Below, one piece after another: positions 48,408 through 57,701 of a stretch of 64,000 nucleotides of DNA. Location: positions 1 through 64,000 of the forward strand of contig CBFIJH010000011.1 in the NCBI GenBank assembly GCA_965662895.1. The letters are read 5' to 3'. Within the stretch, counting starts at the first letter, position 1, and each line of letters opens with the position of its first letter. The stretch is from Candidatus Poseidoniaceae archaeon (GTDB taxonomy: Archaea > Thermoplasmatota > Poseidoniia > Poseidoniales > Poseidoniaceae). Below the pieces are notes generated by a model. The model was given only the letters and a program-made list of their open reading frames with translations, searched no databases and was not told the origin of the DNA. Position numbers and translations under genes: made by a program.

Positions 48408-49727
48408 TCAGGGGAATTGAACTTTTGGCCAACTTGTGATATCCGCGGCCTGCCAAGAAAGGGTGCATAAAAGCGTGTCAATCTCTTCAATAGAACGAAG
48501 ATTACGAGCGATTTGTTCGTAAAACAACCACTCCTTGAGGGCCCCTAATTTTGGACCTTGAGGAACGCTTGTTTTTCGCATGATGTAGTCTCCATCTGCG
48601 AGCGGTTTTGCATCAAAATCGATCTTGACGTGCATTATTCGTTCAATCCTTTTCTGAATGTCATCCTCAGTGTGCTGGCTGTGACCGTTTTTGGCAAAGA
48701 GTTGCTCAAGGTGTAGGTGTTGATGGCTCCATTTTCCTAGAGCCATAGCGTATACTCGGATTGCTGAATCTCGGTCGTCCGGAAGGTGGCCACTCTTTGC
48801 GTGACGAAAGAGGAGGCGCTTTCTTTCTGCACTACTCAACCGCAACCGTTTTGCTACTTGCTCACAATCGTTTGAATCATAATCGCGCAATAGGACGACC
48901 AATCGGTCGAGTACATCATCTCCAGCAATCTGGTTGAGAAGTTGAATCCGAAGATCATCCTGCATCCAATCGATCGCAAAAATTTGTTTTAGTAAACCAT
49001 CATCAGCCATACGTTGGACGATTTCTGATGCATGTTTGCCGAGAAGGATTCGTTTTAGTTCCGACCATATGCGCTCTGACGCAATTCGATCAATCATTGG
49101 TTTTGTTTTGCGGAGTGCATCCGCTAATTGTTGCTCAGGCCACCAGATTCCTGCATTGCCTTGATCCATAAATCGGTACGATCGAAGGATACGTAAAGCG
49201 TCCTCAGAGAGTCGCTGAACCGGCTCTCCAACAGATCGTAATCGTTTCTTTTGCAAATCGTCATATCCTCCGAATGGATCATAGTATGTTCGCCTGGAAA
49301 CATTGACTGCAATTGAATTCATGGTTAAATCCCGACGTGAGAGGTCGACAAGTAGAGAATCGCCCCATTCGACTTCATCAGGTCTTCGGCCATCGTTGTA
49401 TCCAAATTCTGTCCTTAAGGTTGTTATTTCATAACTATGCCCTTGATTTCGAAAAGTGATTGTTCCATATCGTTCACCGGTTGGAATTGTATCTGGATAT
49501 GCTTTCATTTCATCAGGTGTCATTGTTGTTGCAAGGTCGTACTCGTCAACTCTCGTACCGAGTAAAGCATTGCGATTTGCACCGCCAACAATCCAAACAT
49601 GTGCATTGTTTTCTTGGAACCAATCAATGATTTGAATTAGACTATCTGGAAGAGAATCAACCATCTGAGAGAGAGCTGGAAGAAGTGGCAATTCCTCCAT
49701 TCCACGCACTGGGTCCATACTCGACAC
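48408..49727 (-). CDS. class II (bacterial/eukaryotic-type) tRNA nucleotidyltransferase / poly(A) polymerase family protein
   Basis: VGGANR..L....EYDLAT, EITTLR, DGRRP, DLSRRDLTMN, EDALRILR..RF, ERIWSEL. Confidence 0.85.
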   Translation of the reverse strand: MSSMDPVRGMEELPLLPALSQMVDSLPDSLIQIIDWFQENNAHVWIVGGANRNALLGTRVDEYDLATTMTPDEMKAYPDTIPTGERYGTITFRNQGHSYEITTLRTEFGYNDGRRPDEVEWGDSLLVDLSRRDLTMNSIAVNVSRRTYYDPFGGYDDLQKKRLRSVGEPVQRLSEDALRILRSYRFMDQGNAGIWWPEQQLADALRKTKPMIDRIASERIWSELKRILLGKHASEIVQRMADDGLLKQIFAIDWMQDDLRIQLLNQIAGDDVLDRLVVLLRDYDSNDCEQVAKRLRLSSAERKRLLFRHAKSGHLPDDRDSAIRVYAMALGKWSHQHLHLEQLFAKNGHSQHTEDDIQKRIERIMHVKIDFDAKPLADGDYIMRKTSVPQGPKLGALKEWLFYEQIARNLRSIEEIDTLLCTLSWQAADITSWPKVQFP

Positions 49728-49786
49728 TCATCCTTCCGTGTCCATACAAGACAAAGCATTATCCTGTGAATCCGGTTGGACGGAGC

Positions 49787-50233
49787 ATGTCTTGGACAGA
49801 AGACGATGTGCGGTTGGTTCCAGTTGAGTGGCTCAAAGCGCACGAGGAAATCAAACCAAAAAATATGGAAAAGCTCCTTGAAATGACCTTGAAATGGGAC
49901 GGATTCACGAAACCATTGATTGCAGACAAAGGTACGGGGACAATCCTCGATGGACATCATCGTCATGCAGTCGCTCGTCGTTTGGAACTCGCCCGCATAC
50001 CAGTCGTATGCATCGACTATCTCAAGGACGATACAGTTGAACTGGAATTATGGCCTGCATCAAATCTTGAATCCATTACAAAGCAAGAGGTGATCGATAT
50101 GGCGCTTTCGGACGATCTCTATCCGCCGAAAACAACACGACATCGAATTTCAGATTATTTACCGCCCATCCACGTTCCCCTCAGTCGGCTCTCGCTTCTC
50201 ACGCCGAGTCAGCCTGCAGAGACCGAATCGTAG
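49787..50233 (+). CDS. ParB/Srx-fold protein resembling a minimal SerK/SbnI-type kinase
   Basis: LKAHEE, ILDGHHR, IPVVCIDY, TKQEV....YPPKTTRH. Confidence 0.75.
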   Translation: MSWTEDDVRLVPVEWLKAHEEIKPKNMEKLLEMTLKWDGFTKPLIADKGTGTILDGHHRHAVARRLELARIPVVCIDYLKDDTVELELWPASNLESITKQEVIDMALSDDLYPPKTTRHRISDYLPPIHVPLSRLSLLTPSQPAETES

Positions 50234-52040
50234 ATTTCCACAATCGATTTCCATCGCTTGTTGTGACACTTGGATAATTTGGTTCCAAGACGACATTGAG
50301 AACACATTCATGCATGACAGAATTGCGTGCAAATAAGATGCGTACTGTCGTTCCAACTTTCCCTTTTAGATTCGATTTCAATTGTTCTGCATTGACGACG
50401 CGCACGCCATCAACAGCAATGATCTCATCTCCAACCTGCAAATCCTCTCGAGCTGGTGAATGTTGCATGTGGCTGGTCACCTTCAGTTTGTTGCCTTGCG
50501 TGCGTATATGAACACCAAGCCAGCCCTGAGCGAACCCTTCCCATACGACGGTATCAGTTCCTTCTTTTCGTTTTGGCTCATCAGATGGTTTGTAAGTTAA
50601 TCCAAACGATGAAAACGCTTTGTTCAAATCCAGATGACCGGCTTCTTTTGTTACCGAATCGAGGAATGAACCAAGTCTTTTTCCTCCCGGAAGCGAGGTG
50701 AGTGACTTGCGAATGTCGTTGTAATTCACACCGCGTAATGCTTCATCAGCAACATGGATGTTGTGACGTTCATACAACAGTTTCATTAAATCGCAAACAC
50801 CCGTCTCGCCTTTGGATCTTCGACGAAGTTCCGCATCCAAAGCGAAGATGGTTAATTCACCTTCAAGATAATATGAGATTTGGGTCTCTCTAGAATAAGG
50901 GTTGCTTCTATAGAGGTGAATCCACGCTTCATGACTGGCCTCACACAGGGCTTGGCATGAAGATCCACTTCGGGTATGATGCCGCTTAAGTTTCCGCTTC
51001 ATGTCGGCAAAATAATCTTCAGCACTCCAAGCACCTGAGCGGAGACACATGATGTCGCCAATCCATGAGGTTGCACCTTCAAACCACCACAACAAATCAG
51101 TGTTTACTTCACGTTGGAGATCGTAATCAAGGAATCGTTTTGGTCGCAACCGCTTCACGTTCCATTGATGAACATACTCATGGCTGAACAGACTCACAAG
51201 GTCACGATAATCTTCAACATGGCCTGGTTGGAGGGACGTTCTCGGAACCATCGATGTTTGCGAATTGGTATGTTCGAGTCCGCCTCTTCCACCATCAGTT
51301 AGATGGAGAATTGTGGAATAGGGTTCTTCCAATTGTCCAAAGAGCGCATGATGTTCGGCAATGATGTTTTTCATGTCTTCTAGAAATCGATTCAACATAA
51401 TCTCGTTTGGTGCGTGTCCTCCAGAATCCCAATAGTGGAGGGAATGGTTTCGTCCACCAACCGTAAAGGTGTGAATTTTGTTTGCATTGCATTCTGCTAT
51501 ACCATCCAACAAGGCATCACGGTGTTCGACCTGAAACGTGTGAAGTTGGGTACCATTTTGTTTTGCAGAGTGTTCAAGTTGCATCTGAGTTGAAACGTTC
51601 CATGTTTCTGGAAGAAGAAATTCAACTCGATGCTGCATATTCATTCGCTTTGAATCGATACCATCCGTTGGCAGGAACCATGTAAATGGAGGCATGAGGT
51701 GCAGATGTGTCTCATCCAAGTGGTTCGAACGGACCGTATTGTCAACGCACAGAAGTTTGTAGGAGATACAGACCTTCGCTACCGATTGAACGCCTCTGAT
51801 GATGATTGAATCAACATCCTTTCGAAGAACCTTGAGGGCGTGACCTTTCTCGTCACATGCGTTCAAGTCTGAGACGTGTTGTATAGGTTCTCGTAGGAAA
51901 TACGACCCAGGAACCCAACGAGGGAACGAGAGTTTGAGTGAAGGAGATGTGAAGGGTGCACTCACTTCGATTTCAACATCCAGGCGCTGATCTGCGCCAT
52001 TGGTTGCATCAATGCGGTAGACGATATCTGAACGTGTCAT
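50199..52040 (-). CDS. M61 glycyl aminopeptidase with C-terminal PDZ domain
   Basis: PRWVPGSY, GGLEH, HEYVHQWNVKR, LWWFEG; GDEIIAVDG PDZ motif. Confidence 0.92.
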   Translation of the reverse strand: MTRSDIVYRIDATNGADQRLDVEIEVSAPFTSPSLKLSFPRWVPGSYFLREPIQHVSDLNACDEKGHALKVLRKDVDSIIIRGVQSVAKVCISYKLLCVDNTVRSNHLDETHLHLMPPFTWFLPTDGIDSKRMNMQHRVEFLLPETWNVSTQMQLEHSAKQNGTQLHTFQVEHRDALLDGIAECNANKIHTFTVGGRNHSLHYWDSGGHAPNEIMLNRFLEDMKNIIAEHHALFGQLEEPYSTILHLTDGGRGGLEHTNSQTSMVPRTSLQPGHVEDYRDLVSLFSHEYVHQWNVKRLRPKRFLDYDLQREVNTDLLWWFEGATSWIGDIMCLRSGAWSAEDYFADMKRKLKRHHTRSGSSCQALCEASHEAWIHLYRSNPYSRETQISYYLEGELTIFALDAELRRRSKGETGVCDLMKLLYERHNIHVADEALRGVNYNDIRKSLTSLPGGKRLGSFLDSVTKEAGHLDLNKAFSSFGLTYKPSDEPKRKEGTDTVVWEGFAQGWLGVHIRTQGNKLKVTSHMQHSPAREDLQVGDEIIAVDGVRVVNAEQLKSNLKGKVGTTVRILFARNSVMHECVLNVVLEPNYPSVTTSDGNRLWKSTIRSLQADSA

Positions 52041-52054
52041 GATGCAACGTTGAC

Positions 52055-53047
52055 CTATTCAGTGTATAGGTTCTGTGCTGCACTCAGAACAAGTTCATCG
52101 GTTGATTCTTGTACCAACAGTTCTGCAATCGTCTGAATCGCAGGTTCACCTTGTCGGTGCAATAATCGTTCCAGGAGTCTTGATTTGTCGATGCTATCAA
52201 CTCGTTCATCAAACAACAATTCTTCTCGCAATGCATCGCTCTTCGTGTCGTTTTTGCCAATGAGCCAACGGGCGACGATGGACGTACAATCCGCATCAAG
52301 GAGCATCTGAAGACGTGGGTCATCAGCATCAACAATTGTATCTTTGAGAGTCTGAACAAGGAACTTCCGTTGGGTATCTTTCTTCGTCTTGATGAGATCG
52401 ACAGCGTACGGTTTTGCGTGTTCAAGTGCTATGGGTACTGCAAGTTTCCACAAAGCCTCATCGCTTTCAAGTGATTGTTGAAGTCGATTGTTTCCTTCAG
52501 CATCCAATTTCAACATCAACAACGATGCAGCTGCTTGGCGACGTACATCGGGATGTGCATCCTCCAAGTATGCGAGCAGTTCAGAGGGCTCTTGACTCAC
52601 CGAAGCAGCGGCTGCCCGAACGACATGGTCATCCGAGGATTGGAAGCGTTGAAGTTCGGTTGAAGTTGCTTGATTCGTGGAAAGGAGTTGCTTCACGGAT
52701 CGGCGAGCAACAACGGAGTCGGTACTGTCGAGCAAGAGTCTGGCAAGTTCTGCAGCATGGTTTTCATCAGCAATTGAATCCAACACCATCGCAACGCATC
52801 GCTGACCATCAAGTAGGCCCGTTTTGGCCAAATCGTTGAGGAGATGGGGTGCATGCTTCGGTGCCCATCGCCGATATGCCTCAATTGCTTTGTTTCGAAA
52901 CCAAACGTCGTCGTCCTCAAGGAAAGGCGAGAACGCTTCCACACTTTCATGGGCATCAGAATCGAAGAGTATCCGGACAGCTCGTCGTCGCTGACGCACG
53001 TCCTTATGTTTCAATTTCGCAATGGCGGATTGTATGCTGGCTGCCAT
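52055..53047 (-). CDS. HEAT-repeat protein
   Basis: Repeated L.D.D..VR..A motifs (LEDDDVWFR, SDDHVVRAAA, LEDAHPDVRRQAA). Confidence 0.75.
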   Translation of the reverse strand: MAASIQSAIAKLKHKDVRQRRRAVRILFDSDAHESVEAFSPFLEDDDVWFRNKAIEAYRRWAPKHAPHLLNDLAKTGLLDGQRCVAMVLDSIADENHAAELARLLLDSTDSVVARRSVKQLLSTNQATSTELQRFQSSDDHVVRAAAASVSQEPSELLAYLEDAHPDVRRQAAASLLMLKLDAEGNNRLQQSLESDEALWKLAVPIALEHAKPYAVDLIKTKKDTQRKFLVQTLKDTIVDADDPRLQMLLDADCTSIVARWLIGKNDTKSDALREELLFDERVDSIDKSRLLERLLHRQGEPAIQTIAELLVQESTDELVLSAAQNLYTE

Positions 53048-53056
53048 TGTTCAACC

Positions 53057-54001
53057 TCACGGTTTGAATTCATCAAAGTGAAAACCCATCTCATCATCAT
53101 AATCAACATCACCGGGACGGGCAAGCGTCGGTGCGAACATTAACTGAATCATTGGCCACAATTGAACGAAGTGTTGCATGTTTGCGGTAATGAATTCTTC
53201 AAGTTCGTACTCCTCAGCGTTCTGCATGTCCCTCAAATCATCGGCAATTGTGCCCAAGCGTTGAAGTTCTTCAGCACCGCAATACTCCATTTCATGACAC
53301 GTTTCAATTAAGGTTTCAATCAAATCGGCAATTTCAATGGCGGAAAGCGGCTTGGGTTCACTCTCAACGATATCAACCGGTCCAAATGAAACTGGGCCCA
53401 ACGACGTGGGGTGGAATTCGTCCAACTGTCGTTCAATTTTCATGAGTTCCTGGTGATGTTGATCACCAATTGGAGCAAGAACAAAACCGCCTTCGACAAT
53501 CCGTTGCTGCATCCATTCTGGAATTTCGGCTAAACTGCCCGTGATCAAGACTCGGCTCAACTCTCCCGGCAATTCGATGGGTGAAACATCGATCGATTCA
53601 ACATGCCGTATGTCAACAGTCGGCCATCCCGCAAGAGCATTGGCTGTGTGTCGAATAATTTCAGACGATGGGTCGATGAGGATGACTCGGCCACTTTCCC
53701 CAATCATTGTCGCAATCAGGGCAGCAATGTATCCACCTTTTGAACCAACAACCAGGATTTCTTGGCCTTCCTCGAGCTCCAAATGATGCAATAAAGTAAC
53801 AATCATGTGTGGGGCAGAGATGGTTTTCACACCTCCGTTCTCTGTCTCCATGAAAATCACGGGTCGGTCGTGGAAGAACCCATCAAAATCGTAACTCGTG
53901 AACTGATGAAGATGCAGTTCATACATGGCGTTTCGGACGGATTGAGGGACTTCGATACCCGACTTGGAAATTCGGTCAAGAAGTTCCTTCATCTCCTCCA
54001 T
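53057..54001 (-). CDS. pcm: protein-L-isoaspartate O-methyltransferase-like protein with acidic C-terminal extension
   Basis: TISAPHM, ILVVGSKGGY..A, EGGFVLAPIG; motif I diverged. Confidence 0.75.
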   Translation of the reverse strand: MEEMKELLDRISKSGIEVPQSVRNAMYELHLHQFTSYDFDGFFHDRPVIFMETENGGVKTISAPHMIVTLLHHLELEEGQEILVVGSKGGYIAALIATMIGESGRVILIDPSSEIIRHTANALAGWPTVDIRHVESIDVSPIELPGELSRVLITGSLAEIPEWMQQRIVEGGFVLAPIGDQHHQELMKIERQLDEFHPTSLGPVSFGPVDIVESEPKPLSAIEIADLIETLIETCHEMEYCGAEELQRLGTIADDLRDMQNAEEYELEEFITANMQHFVQLWPMIQLMFAPTLARPGDVDYDDEMGFHFDEFKP

Positions 54002-54040
54002 ACGCTACTCAGCACATTGACTCATAAAAACATGAGCGAA

Positions 54041-54910
54041 TTACGTCAAATCTTCCTGGATGTGCTTGAGAATTTCTTCAGGTTTCTGATTAATATCGAG
54101 GGCGGACATATTCTCGGCATCATGATGTGGTTCATTGAGCATACTTTCCTTGATTCGATGAATGAGCCCAGCAAACGATTCAACTTGGTATTCCTTGGTT
54201 TGTTCCATATCCGCTTCCATTGTTTCAACAATGGACCGAGCTTGTTCTGCTGTGAGTCGTACATCCGTCATCGATGAGAACATATCGTCCATCAGGATGC
54301 CTTCAATTTTGGTGAGGTGTTCAGATATTGTGGCCCTTGCAAGACCGAGTTGTTCAGCAAGTTCGGTAATTTTTATTCGCTTTGGCAAATCATAGTAGCC
54401 CCTATCGTAAGCGAATTTTGCAAGTTTCAATTGCCTCTCAGTCAGCACTGAATCATGTTGCTGAGGTGTGAGTTTAAGCGTCCTTGCACTCGTTCGATCG
54501 GGTTTCGACATAAGACGAAGAACACCAGAAAGAAGCCGCAATTTTAGGGACGACCCCTGAAGAATATACGTTAATCCACTCTCGTCAAGTCGAGAACCTG
54601 CTACCGTGTATGTTCCATTGGTCCGAGCATTAAGGGTCGGAAGCGGATGAATCACCTGACAGATGATCAAGTGCCCCTCATCTTTCTGTTCGGATTCTTG
54701 TATCACTTCAAGAACTTTGAGAGACTCAAAATTCCGTAGGTCATCGATTGTTTTTCCTTCGTGAAGATGAAATTTGAACAAACACCGAATGTCTTTGGGA
54801 ACACGCTTGATGTAGGAGAGGAATTCAATTCTTCGAGCAACTTCCAGAATTGGGCCGATTCCAACAGCGTCCAAGCGGTCAGCACGCCAAAAAAATGAGA
54901 CCTCCCGCAT
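54041..54910 (-). CDS. transcriptional regulator with Bat-type HTH (HTH_10)
   Basis: LTERQ...AYDRGYYDLPKRI..TELAEQLGLARATISEHL. Confidence 0.88.
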   Translation of the reverse strand: MREVSFFWRADRLDAVGIGPILEVARRIEFLSYIKRVPKDIRCLFKFHLHEGKTIDDLRNFESLKVLEVIQESEQKDEGHLIICQVIHPLPTLNARTNGTYTVAGSRLDESGLTYILQGSSLKLRLLSGVLRLMSKPDRTSARTLKLTPQQHDSVLTERQLKLAKFAYDRGYYDLPKRIKITELAEQLGLARATISEHLTKIEGILMDDMFSSMTDVRLTAEQARSIVETMEADMEQTKEYQVESFAGLIHRIKESMLNEPHHDAENMSALDINQKPEEILKHIQEDLT

Positions 54911-54955
54911 GGTATTCTCTCCGAGTCACTATGCATAAGTGAATCGACGTATGGT

Positions 54956-55588
54956 TCATCTCATTTCCAACCATCCGAGGAAGGTTGCTATCGGCAAAAA
55001 AATGGCCAAGAGAATGTTGATTCGTTTCCTCTGATTTCGTAACCGTTCCGGCAATTCCGGGGCAATTTCAATCGCAGAGGTATATCTTGACTGCCTTGTT
55101 TTTGGAAATGTCTTGTCCAAGATTGAAAGAACTTTTGCGCGTAATTCGGGTTGCCTGCTTCCCCCAACACCTCGGCCAACCATGTACCGAACGGGGAATT
55201 CATCCGTGAGGGGAGTCGTGCGTTCTATGATTTCTTCAACTCGGCTTGAATCATGAAGATCAACTCGAACCGTTCTTCCATCGCTGCGGACGTGACTGAG
55301 CGCTCTCCATTTTCCTTGGCCCTCATCCATGCCCTCAAGCGCTTCCATTGTGCGTTGAATCGGCGGGATTCCAGATTCTACGGGGCGTTCTCTCCTTGCC
55401 AGGAATGGGCCCAAAAGAATCCCTCCGATAAGTGGAAAAATCGTGATAAGATAGACGATTCGCATGAATTCCTCTGGATTTGTAAGTGCGGAAACGAGAG
55501 CAAGGCTGAAACCGAAATACAGCCCGAGAAATGCTCCGGCTTGAAGTCCTAACCACAAGCCAACAGGCTCTGTTGATGACTCCGCCAT
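54956..55588 (-). CDS. membrane protein with internal Smr-like domain
   Basis: Two N-terminal TM and one C-terminal TM; VRVDLHD...VRYMVGRG..S...LR..V. Confidence 0.55.
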   Translation of the reverse strand: MAESSTEPVGLWLGLQAGAFLGLYFGFSLALVSALTNPEEFMRIVYLITIFPLIGGILLGPFLARRERPVESGIPPIQRTMEALEGMDEGQGKWRALSHVRSDGRTVRVDLHDSSRVEEIIERTTPLTDEFPVRYMVGRGVGGSRQPELRAKVLSILDKTFPKTRQSRYTSAIEIAPELPERLRNQRKRINILLAIFLPIATFLGWLEMR

Positions 55589-55665
55589 ACGTCCCTGATA
55601 TGGATTCACAAAAAGAACCCGTCGATGGGGTCAAGGATTAAATCACTCGATTCATTGGGCGTCCC

Positions 55666-56361
55666 ATGGAACGAAATGGTCTCGACTCAAGAAGTAGAGA
55701 CCGAAAGGTCGGTCTCTGGATTGGAGGAATCAGTCTTTTTTTTCTTGTCTCTTTCTTTCTTGCTCCTGCAATGGTCGAACAAGGAACGATTAGCGAATTG
55801 TCGGGCCGAGCAAATATGTTGGATTTTCACAAAGAAAACGACCAGAACTTCACTTGGACAGAGTTGAATGTTTACAGTGCAACAATCTATGCATTCGGAG
55901 ACCTAAATTGCCACAACAAGCATGAGCGTTCTTGGTCGATCAACGGCAACCAGATGCCCGTGTGTGTCCGTGATGTTGGAATATTCGCAGGACTTGCTCT
56001 CGGTGGTTTCATTTATTCGCGTCGAGGTGTGAACCGCTGGACGATTCGGGACACGTTTCTGTCCATTCTTCCAGATGAAAATCTGAAACCTGTTTACGCT
56101 TCCAACCGTAGGACGCTCGTCTTTATTGGATTGGGTCTCCTTTGCACCGTTCCACTTGTCTTGGATGGCTTCACTCAACTTCTCACCGATCGGGAATCAA
56201 CAGCATTCCTTCGGCTCGCAACTGGGATACCGTTCGGGTTTGGACTCGGTTTGTTCTTCGCAGCTGCATACAGTGCTCGACCGAACAAATTCAGCAGCCC
56301 AGGTCAGGTGCTGCTACCTGGCAATGTCCGGTTTCAGAGACCGCCTCAAGACGAGGAATGA
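55666..56361 (+). CDS. DUF2085 family membrane protein
   Basis: CH...ERS...NG.QMPVC.RD.GI, PLVLDG.TQ, ES...LRLATG..FG. Confidence 0.85.
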   Translation: MERNGLDSRSRDRKVGLWIGGISLFFLVSFFLAPAMVEQGTISELSGRANMLDFHKENDQNFTWTELNVYSATIYAFGDLNCHNKHERSWSINGNQMPVCVRDVGIFAGLALGGFIYSRRGVNRWTIRDTFLSILPDENLKPVYASNRRTLVFIGLGLLCTVPLVLDGFTQLLTDRESTAFLRLATGIPFGFGLGLFFAAAYSARPNKFSSPGQVLLPGNVRFQRPPQDEE

Positions 56362-57701
56362 TCAGGTGGAGGCATTGACCACCAGACCAACAATTCCTGT
56401 GCATTCTCAGGAATTGGGCAATGTTCGTGTCCACTGGTGAGTATGTTCAGGCGCTCAATCGTATTTGCCACCATTTTTGTGGAATGCGAATTGGCTTGAC
56501 CAAGTATTTCCTTAAGTGCTTTCTCCCATGGCTTGTTTGGATTGTTTTTTCGCCACGTTGATAGTGCAACTCGAAACGGCCACATGGCCAGTGTTAGTCG
56601 AGCGAATCCTATCCATGCATCACGTAATTTGAACACTTGTCCTTCTGCAAATGGGATGTGATTTTGCTGGCGATGTATCCAATTTGCCTCTTCCAACCAT
56701 TTGACAAGCCTCTGGGTGTGGCGCTGTGTTACCATTCGATGAGGCCCCAGGGATTTGTGCAATCGTGGTATTTCGCAGGATCCAGCCATAAGCGAAAGCG
56801 TTCCGAGAATTGACCAACTTGAACGTGCGAGTGGATTGTTCGGCACATCCGATTTTCGTGCTTGATTGGAATCCCATTCAATTTCTGCACTTTGCATCCA
56901 TTGTGCAGGAGAGCGTCCTCCAAGCCAGCCAATATGAACGGATGTGCGTTCCATCGGTGCTCCTGGCAAACGGGTTTGTTGTTGAACATCGTGAGCCAAT
57001 TTGTCAAGTAAGTATCTGTCGACTTTATCGGCATCGACGTTGAGCGGCACAGGTCTTCGATTGAAGAACGAACGCAGTGCTTTTCGAAGTTTTTGACGCA
57101 ATTCGTCCAATCCTCCCTCATTCAATATGGGACCGACAATGCAGCATTTATCGAAGGGTGGTGCAACGTTCAACTCACCAGTAAACAGATCGTGAAACCC
57201 TTGACGAATGGTTTTTTGAATTTCAGGCGTTTCAAAATACTCTTGCTTATCACTGCTCATTCGCAACGTTGCATGCTTGATTCGGTCGATCGCTCGGTCG
57301 GGGTCGCAATCAATCCAGACGACAAGGTCAGGTACCATCGATGCTGAGTTAACATTGCAAACAGTGTTGATGCCGAGTTGTCCAACAACCCCTTGGTAGA
57401 TAATCGAGGAATGGATGTTCCGATCGGAAACGACGACTTCACCTCGCTCAAGTCTTGGTTTGATCCATGTATGGGAATGGTCGAGTCGGTCTGCAGCGAA
57501 CAATCCAGCCTCTTCGAGTGGCGTCTTATTTCCCTCTTTTACAGCTTCGAGAGCCAATTTGCCGAGATCACTATGCCGTCGCGGCTCATGGGTTTTGTGA
57601 ACTTCTTTGAACGGGTATTGTGCGAGAAGTTCGGTAAGGATTCGGACCGCTTCTCCTTTTCCAGAACCATCTCCACCTTCAACGGTGATGAGATACATCA
57701 C
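56346..57701 (-). CDS. tmk: thymidylate kinase fused to a C-terminal extension of about 230 aa
   Basis: EGGDGSGK, HEP, LFAADR..H, VVSDR...SS..YQG, PDL. Confidence 0.85.
   Translation of the reverse strand: MMYLITVEGGDGSGKGEAVRILTELLAQYPFKEVHKTHEPRRHSDLGKLALEAVKEGNKTPLEEAGLFAADRLDHSHTWIKPRLERGEVVVSDRNIHSSIIYQGVVGQLGINTVCNVNSASMVPDLVVWIDCDPDRAIDRIKHATLRMSSDKQEYFETPEIQKTIRQGFHDLFTGELNVAPPFDKCCIVGPILNEGGLDELRQKLRKALRSFFNRRPVPLNVDADKVDRYLLDKLAHDVQQQTRLPGAPMERTSVHIGWLGGRSPAQWMQSAEIEWDSNQARKSDVPNNPLARSSWSILGTLSLMAGSCEIPRLHKSLGPHRMVTQRHTQRLVKWLEEANWIHRQQNHIPFAEGQVFKLRDAWIGFARLTLAMWPFRVALSTWRKNNPNKPWEKALKEILGQANSHSTKMVANTIERLNILTSGHEHCPIPENAQELLVWWSMPPPDHSSS

Noticed and set aside
49787-50233. Chromosome partitioning ParB
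   Set aside because: No HTH or dimerisation domain and no adjacent parA; the motifs match the SerK/SbnI-like branch
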